Below, in pieces: positions 59,801 to 64,000 of a stretch of 64,000 bases of DNA (its first letter is position 1; each line of letters starts with the position of its first letter). The translations under genes and the position numbers were made by a program. This DNA comes from Alphaproteobacteria bacterium (GTDB lineage: Bacteria > Pseudomonadota > Alphaproteobacteria > CAAGCB01 > CAG-977), in NCBI GenBank assembly GCA_017616015.1, contig JAFZYY010000018.1, positions 125 to 64,124 on the forward strand. Direction: 5' to 3'. The notes under the pieces are model-generated. The model did not search any database. It had not been told where the DNA came from and was given only the letters and a program-made list of their open reading frames with translations.

Positions 59801-59884
59801 AAAGGACATTTTGAACCGACTGAAGATGAAACGGCGTGCCAATACTGTTCGTTAAGCGAATTCTGCCATAGGAACAGAGTGTAA
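56831..59884 (+). CDS. UvrD/PcrA-type SF1 helicase fused to a C-terminal Cas4/AddB-type PD-(D/E)xK Fe-S nuclease
   Basis: LN.QQ..VV....G..LVLAGPGTGKTT (Walker A), ILVDEYQDTN and VGDDDQ.IY.FQGA. The C-terminus has NSCPRQY...IDRID...IYDYKTG...YMQMCVY...CQYCSLSEFC (one plus three Cys). Start at ATG 56831 behind GGAGAA. 56789 is also possible. Confidence 0.8.
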   Translation: MKKDKKEISLNAQQKKVVENIDGSYLVLAGPGTGKTTTLGARVKYMIEKGIEAEKILCLTFSDAAANEMKKTFDETIGRAAIGIDVFTYHGFCSYLIQNNADVFEMPENIGVVSAAMSRAFIEECIEEIEPEAYVTEKGDSYYFIDTILEQIGEIKSHRLTKKEYFDNLKRNVEWEPLLEELKEKLAAKNKKGKTDTKTLKGNIKKLEKKIAKAKELWEFYEKYQEKLSVNNYMDFNDMISLVLDRFEADAAFLDQAANKYEYILVDEYQDTNTNQNEIVFKLTEALKTQNVTVVGDDDQIIYSFQGAHLDTIENFLKKFPKTQVICLTENHRSTQQILDLSYKVADQDKARLVNNPFFKKYKITKRLSAANKDVKKCKELVHCTKYADPLQEYNAIVDMIVQKSFEGTSFSNIAVLAKTNEELAVFAELLENRAIPYELKNGKPIFSIPAVNVLWDYIQALVNPDLYGDRLLKFILSEPFQIDASDYVELCEDYSKSGNAIKSLKFLVKGAEKRKTPLKDLPKLKKLLEDYDYLQKYRTNCGIKRTIQEILARTKLYAYYLETDVNKIDNIAGIAKLIEEAADYSAVHRSCRLDAFVEYINKTIDDGISILTDKAPVKRDAVQLSTYYSAKGREYDIVFMPTLISDKWESAKDYAPQVPLPPDDCMDADEAKEKRKELKISDAVKVMYVGMTRARRELYLSFVDTVKNKAKKPTKFIADFLDDENVRFEMAPAYTEESYAEGERKLIEQRPYDYEADFKALIDGYFKDHKFSISDINDYNSCPRQYLYSNILELSGKDGNPDALSFGSAVHKALEKAVDYARENHVWCTEDELVAYFKSALKHYPTQSVSTRRTLEKRGEKALLAYYDILTETKPAALKETELMIEFNESFPFIGFIDRIDKNNGGTVTIYDYKTGNAKEDISPDGEHADYYMQMCVYKYVYEKTTGKKVRETTFVFVEEPDKNVTLNLTDKDCEDAWKAFKNSVKEMKKGHFEPTEDETACQYCSLSEFCHRNRV

Positions 59885-59919
59885 CTTTCGTTTTAAAAGC
59901 AGCGGACATTCAGAAAAAA

Positions 59920-59947
59920 GGGGAAGTTCGGGAGATCGGACTTCCCC
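59920..59947 (+). terminator. hairpin after the helicase-nuclease gene
   Basis: GGGGAAGT-12 nt-ACTTCCCC followed by a T-rich stretch. Confidence 0.5.
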
Positions 59948-59955
59948 TGATTTGT

Positions 59956-59988
59956 ATGTCATATTTTGACGTATTTGAGAGCTACCAT
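59956..59988 (+). promoter_or_regulatory. island operator plus -10 (ATGTCATATTTTGACGT, 10 nt, TACCAT)
   Basis: About 35 nt upstream of ATG 60021. Confidence 0.6.
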
Positions 59989-60020
59989 TATTTCAGAGCA
60001 ATGGAAAAAGGAATAATGAG

Positions 60021-62018
60021 ATGTCAGAATACTTTGAAAAACATAAAATGATGGAATACGTTTCAAATCTTTTAAGTCACAAGGCTTTCGTCGCCCGTAA
60101 CCTTAAAGACATTTATTCATGGATAGAAGACCATGCCGACGAGTTTTGCACTGATAGCAATCATTCTCCTAAAAACAAAAAAGAGAACGGAGAAATCGGC
60201 AAAACGGAAAAAATCAGGCAAATCGGAGTTTTTGCACTTCATTTGCAAAACAGCCGCTTTTTCAGGAAAAAGTACGCACCGGATTGTTTGGAAAAGAATC
60301 TGTCGCTCCTGCAAAAAATCTTCCATCTGTCAAAAGAGGAAACGGAATTCCTGTCTTTCAGGACAAGATTGGAATGTTCCAACCGTTTTTCAAGAACACT
60401 GTCGGATCTGGTTGATGAACATTCGCCGGCAGACGACCTTTCAATCGCTTTAAGTATCGGAAAAGCTGCGCTGAATTCGATCATTTGCCCCGATAATCGA
60501 TTGTTTCAGTTGGGATTCTTGGAAAAAAGCTATCGGGGAAGGCCGGACCCGACAGCTCTGATGACTTCTTTTTATTTCCAACCGTTCAAAGGCATTGACG
60601 ATATCAAAAGTTTTTTAATCGGGAAAAGTTTGTCAGCGACTCTTTTACCGGAAGATTTCAAACATATTTCTCAGAAGCAAGACGCTGCTATGATCTTGAG
60701 CGCTGCGTTAAAAAAGCGGGAAAAAGGGATCAATTTTCTGTTTTACGGTTGTCCCGGAACGGGGAAAACGGAATTTGCCAAAATGTTGGCACAGCAAGTA
60801 TCTGCTTCTTTGTATTCTATCGGTGAACCCGAAAACACCAATGATGATGACTATGACGAGCGTTATGAAAAACTGCTCCGAAACAGAATCTTATTAAAAA
60901 AGGAAAAAAACGCCGTTTTTTTAATAGACGAAGCCGACGATCTTTTGGAATGTTACAAAAGTGACAAACTTAAAATCAATCGCCTTCTGGAAAACAATCC
61001 TCAACCGACAATTTGGATTTTAAACAACACGAAATATATGGATAAAGCGTATTTGCGCCGCTTTACATACGCCATTCACTTTAAAACACCCGATCAGGAG
61101 GCTCTGACGGACATATGGCAAAAGAATCTGGAAAAAAATCATTTACCTGCCACAAATGAGATTTCCGCTTCTTTTGCAAAAAAATATTCCGTTCCGCCCT
61201 CTTTCGTTGAAACGGCTGTGAAATCCGCAAAGCTTGTCAACGGCGGATTGGAAAAAGTCGGACAAATGTTGGACATTTTGCAGGAAGCTTATGATAACGG
61301 TAAAAAAGCTCCTCAAAAACGAGAACCGGAAGCTGCAACCGCGTTTAATCCCGATCTGTTGAATACGGATATTGATTTGAAACTGCTGACAAACCGATTG
61401 ATTGGTTTGAAAAAGCTGAACTTTTCATTGTGTCTGTATGGCGTTTCCGGCACGGGAAAATCGTCTTATGCCCGTTATCTGGGCGATGCATTGCAAATTC
61501 CCGTCCTCAAGAAACGCTGTTCCGACTTAATCAGCATGTATGTCGGACAAACGGAGGAAAATATCGCCGACGCCTTTATGGAAGCTTCGGCAAAAGGAGC
61601 TTTATTGGTTTTTGACGAAGCCGACAGCTTTTTACAGGACAGGGAAAGCGCGGTACGGAGTTGGGAAATCACACAGGTCAATGAAATGCTGACTCAAATG
61701 GAAAGCAATCCTTTGCCGTTTGTCTGTACGACGAATTTAATGGACAAACTGGATAAAGCTTCTTTGCGCCGCTTTACGTTTAAAGTCAGGTATGACTATA
61801 TGACCGCGGATCAAAGCCGATTAGCTTTCGAACATTTTTTCGGTATCAAAAATGCGCCGTTAAGCCACCTGTCCTCTCTTTCCCCCGGGGATTTCGAGGT
61901 GGTTCGGAAAAAAGCCGAAATTCTCGGAATGCTGAACGATAAAGATGCTTTGGTCAAAATGTTGGAAGACGAGCAGAAAAACAAAGCTCCCGTTCATCAT
62001 AAAATCGGTTTTATTTAG
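60021..62018 (+). CDS. protein with an unknown ~230-aa N-domain and two AAA+ ATPase modules
   Basis: Module 1 has GCPGTGKT and VFLIDEADDL. Module 2 has GVSGTGKS, YVGQTEENI...F and LLVFDEADSF, plus TTN and LRRF (classical-clade AAA features). Confidence 0.8.
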   Translation: MSEYFEKHKMMEYVSNLLSHKAFVARNLKDIYSWIEDHADEFCTDSNHSPKNKKENGEIGKTEKIRQIGVFALHLQNSRFFRKKYAPDCLEKNLSLLQKIFHLSKEETEFLSFRTRLECSNRFSRTLSDLVDEHSPADDLSIALSIGKAALNSIICPDNRLFQLGFLEKSYRGRPDPTALMTSFYFQPFKGIDDIKSFLIGKSLSATLLPEDFKHISQKQDAAMILSAALKKREKGINFLFYGCPGTGKTEFAKMLAQQVSASLYSIGEPENTNDDDYDERYEKLLRNRILLKKEKNAVFLIDEADDLLECYKSDKLKINRLLENNPQPTIWILNNTKYMDKAYLRRFTYAIHFKTPDQEALTDIWQKNLEKNHLPATNEISASFAKKYSVPPSFVETAVKSAKLVNGGLEKVGQMLDILQEAYDNGKKAPQKREPEAATAFNPDLLNTDIDLKLLTNRLIGLKKLNFSLCLYGVSGTGKSSYARYLGDALQIPVLKKRCSDLISMYVGQTEENIADAFMEASAKGALLVFDEADSFLQDRESAVRSWEITQVNEMLTQMESNPLPFVCTTNLMDKLDKASLRRFTFKVRYDYMTADQSRLAFEHFFGIKNAPLSHLSSLSPGDFEVVRKKAEILGMLNDKDALVKMLEDEQKNKAPVHHKIGFI

Positions 62019-62031
62019 GGATGCTCCGCCG

Positions 62032-62892
62032 ATGAAAAAAGAAACTGCAACAGTGCGAGAAAAAAAATCGTTCGGTGGTTCTTTTATCATACGGCGTTTT
62101 CTGAAAGTCGTTTGGGAATACGGGTCGGTTTGGGTGTGGCTATTCAGGGATTTTATCCGTCTGCATTTATCAAAAGGTTATGATTGGCAGATTGAAATTG
62201 AAATCAAGACGGGCAAGCATTGGTGGATTTATGGAAACATTGATTTTGCCGGATTTGAAAAAAGCTGCTCTTTCAACTTATGTAGTCACCGGACGTGTCC
62301 TTTTGGTATAGGACTGCATTTATTCGGACTGAATCTAAACTTTCATTGGGGAGACGGAAGACATGACGGTTATGACGAACACCTTGACAAATACTATGAT
62401 TATGAACCGCTGGCAGACGCTCACCCCGATTGGGATTTTCAGAAACTGGACGCGCTGATCCCGTATAGTGTCCGGAAACCGGAAGTTTTCAAAGAATATT
62501 ATGTATCCCGTAGAATTCACGTTTACTCCAACGATACGGCGAATAACAAACACGCCCTTGCAGTTGAATTAGCATTACCGTTTCTGCGCTATATGAAAAT
62601 CTCGTTTAAAAGACCGTGGGGATATGCCGAATGGTTTGGAATTGATTTTTTTGCACATCATGCGATCGGTATTGTGTTTTCTTTGTTTAAACACGATTTG
62701 AAAATCGTTTTTGCGAAAAACAGTCTTGACCGTTCCTCCAATCTGTCAACCGAAAAGGCGTTAGATCGCTTTCTGACTTTGAACGGCAATCGCAAAATTC
62801 CGCTTGAAGAAATCAGATGGGCTTATAGTTCGAACAAAGAAGCTTGTCGCCTGTTTTTCAAAAAAATCAGGGAAAGGAAGAAACGAGACTGA
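62032..62892 (+). CDS. hypothetical protein (286 aa), Trp/His/aromatic-rich
   Basis: Starts 13 nt after the AAA+ stop. No motif recognised. The 61945 start would overlap the AAA+ gene. Confidence 0.45.
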   Translation: MKKETATVREKKSFGGSFIIRRFLKVVWEYGSVWVWLFRDFIRLHLSKGYDWQIEIEIKTGKHWWIYGNIDFAGFEKSCSFNLCSHRTCPFGIGLHLFGLNLNFHWGDGRHDGYDEHLDKYYDYEPLADAHPDWDFQKLDALIPYSVRKPEVFKEYYVSRRIHVYSNDTANNKHALAVELALPFLRYMKISFKRPWGYAEWFGIDFFAHHAIGIVFSLFKHDLKIVFAKNSLDRSSNLSTEKALDRFLTLNGNRKIPLEEIRWAYSSNKEACRLFFKKIRERKKRD

Positions 62893-62969
62893 ATCAGCTT
62901 TGATTTTTTTAAAGTGTCGTATATTTGTAAATGGAAATGTCGTCTATTTGTAAAAAAAGGAATTGCAAA

Positions 62970-63380
62970 ATGAAGCGTAAAACCCTTAAAAACCGTATGC
63001 TTCTTCGTATTAAAAAGAGCAATAAAACGGCTTTTATCTCCTCGGACTTCTTTGACTTGTCCGATAAGGATCAGGTCGGGCGCGTTTTGCGTTCTTTGGT
63101 TAAAGAGAAAACCCTTATCAAATTGGGACGCGGCATATTTGCAAAGACAAAACAATCACTTTTAGGCGACAAGAAAATTCTGGCAAAAGATTTCCCGACC
63201 GTCGCCCGTGAAGCGTTGGAAAAGTTGAAAATCAGAACGTTTCCGACAAAAGCGGAGCTGGATTATAATTCCGGTTTATCAACGCAGATTCCGACCGGTC
63301 TGATGGTCGCCGTCAATAAACGCGTTGCCAGAACGATTACATACAACGGAAGAAGCATTAAATATGAACAGACCGCCTAA
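62970..63380 (+). CDS. AbiEi-family (DUF6088-like) type IV antitoxin-domain protein
   Basis: N-terminus L.RIKKS...FISSDFFDL.....V.R.L..LVKE..LI.LGRGIFAK matches my recollection of AbiEi/DUF6088 wHTH proteins. Its stop overlaps the start of an AbiEii-like stub. Confidence 0.5.
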   Translation: MKRKTLKNRMLLRIKKSNKTAFISSDFFDLSDKDQVGRVLRSLVKEKTLIKLGRGIFAKTKQSLLGDKKILAKDFPTVAREALEKLKIRTFPTKAELDYNSGLSTQIPTGLMVAVNKRVARTITYNGRSIKYEQTA

Positions 63381-63441
63381 AGAACTGATTGAAGAAATCG
63401 CGCAGGAATTATCAGTCAATCCGTCTTTTTGCTTAAGATAG
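63364..63441 (+). pseudogene. 25-codon stub resembling the N-terminus of an AbiEii nucleotidyltransferase toxin
   Basis: MNRPPKELIEEIAQELSVNPSFCLR-stop. The ATG overlaps the antitoxin 3' end, which is typical TA coupling. The reading frame ends where AbiEii proteins normally continue (..P.F.EKD..). Confidence 0.35.
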
Positions 63442-63470
63442 AAAAACCTTTTTTTCTTTATTTTTTGTAG

Positions 63471-63544
63471 TCTCTTTGAAGGTATGTCAGATTTTGACGT
63501 ACCCAAGTGTTATTTTGTTTTTAATGGTTCAATCTCTTTGAAGG
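63471..63544 (+). repeat. 12-bp direct repeat TCTCTTTGAAGG (63471-63482 and 63533-63544) bracketing the last operator/-10 cassette
   Basis: Exact duplicate. The second copy carries the RBS-like GAAGGGA of the downstream ankyrin gene. Confidence 0.7.
63484..63516 (+). promoter_or_regulatory. island operator plus -10 (ATGTCAGATTTTGACGT, 10 nt, TATTTT)
   Basis: About 40 nt upstream of ATG 63554. Confidence 0.6.
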
Positions 63545-63553
63545 GAACAAAAA

Positions 63554-64000
63554 ATGACGACTTGGTACGATGTTTTAGAAATAAACGATATTGATGCCGT
63601 TCTGGAGTATATTGCTTCGGGGGCTGATGTGAACGAAAAGGACGATGACGGAACGACACCGTTAATGCGTGCGGCGTTGTCGGGTTATTCGAATATTATA
63701 GAAGTTTTGATCGAAAACGGAGCCGATGTGAACGCACGGGATAAAACGGGTAAAACCGCGTTAATGGATATAGCGCAGTTCGGCAATCCGGAAATGGCGG
63801 AATTTCTGATTGAAAAAGGAGCGGACGTCAACGCGGTAAATGACGGTAAAACGTTGTTGATGTATGCGGCAAAAGGCGGAAAAGCAGATATGATTCGATT
63901 GTTTTTAAACAAAGGGATCGATGTCAACGCAAAATCTTCCTCAGGTTCAACGGCTTTATTGCTCGCGGCTTGCCATAGAAATTCTATGGAACTTCTGATT
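63554..64000 (+). CDS. ankyrin-repeat protein (5' part, runs off the window)
   Basis: My translation gives MTTWYDVLEINDIDAVLEYIASGADVNEKDDDGTTPLMRAALSGYSNIIEVLIENGADVNARDKTGKTALMDIAQFGNPEMAEFLIEKGADVNAVNDGKTLLMYAAKGGKADMIRLFLNKGIDVNAKSSSGSTALLLAA..., which contains at least four canonical ANK repeats. It has no stop in the window, so it is absent from the track. Confidence 0.8.
   Translation, partial: MTTWYDVLEINDIDAVLEYIASGADVNEKDDDGTTPLMRAALSGYSNIIEVLIENGADVNARDKTGKTALMDIAQFGNPEMAEFLIEKGADVNAVNDGKTLLMYAAKGGKADMIRLFLNKGIDVNAKSSSGSTALLLAACHRNSMELLI

Noticed and set aside
37240-64000. Annotating the island as a defined mobile element (ICE, prophage or transposon)
   Set aside because: No integrase, transposase, conjugation or phage structural genes are visible, and only one putative border scar is present. 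Mobility is therefore unproven from this window.

Overview
The window has two parts. Positions 1-37.2 kb are ordinary chromosomal backbone. I infer an anaerobic alphaproteobacterium from MucR/Ros, the Hsp20-DUF1150 pair, BamD-RecN-LigA, QueA, AnmK, PheA, and HydG with two TM1266-type regulators. A 1-kb AT-rich non-coding gap follows at 37.3-38.2 kb. After it comes a visibly AT-richer accessory island of at least 26 kb that runs off the right edge. I found no rRNA, intact tRNA, CRISPR array, integrase or transposase. The only recombinase is a small serine invertase/resolvase at 1.3-1.9 kb, which sits next to a 26-bp inverted-repeat pair.

The main result is a 17-bp palindrome with core GTCA-N5-TGAC. 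It occurs nine times in the island, plus two degenerate copies. Each of the nine clean copies sits exactly 10 nt upstream of a -10-like hexamer and points at the downstream gene. This defines one regulon, most plausibly controlled by two BrxR/CapW-like HTH-WYL regulators encoded in the island.

The regulon covers:
- three units of paralogous ankyrin-repeat and SprT/SPRTN-type metalloprotease genes built from unrecognised domains
- an FGase-family hydrolase
- an HhH-glycosylase-like protein
- a UvrD-helicase/Cas4-type nuclease fusion
- a tandem AAA+ ATPase with an unknown partner
- an AbiEi antitoxin next to a truncated AbiEii stub
- two short terminated leaders that may be sRNAs

All protein calls come from motif recognition by eye on the supplied translations. 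No database search was run, so family names are hypotheses unless a diagnostic motif is quoted.
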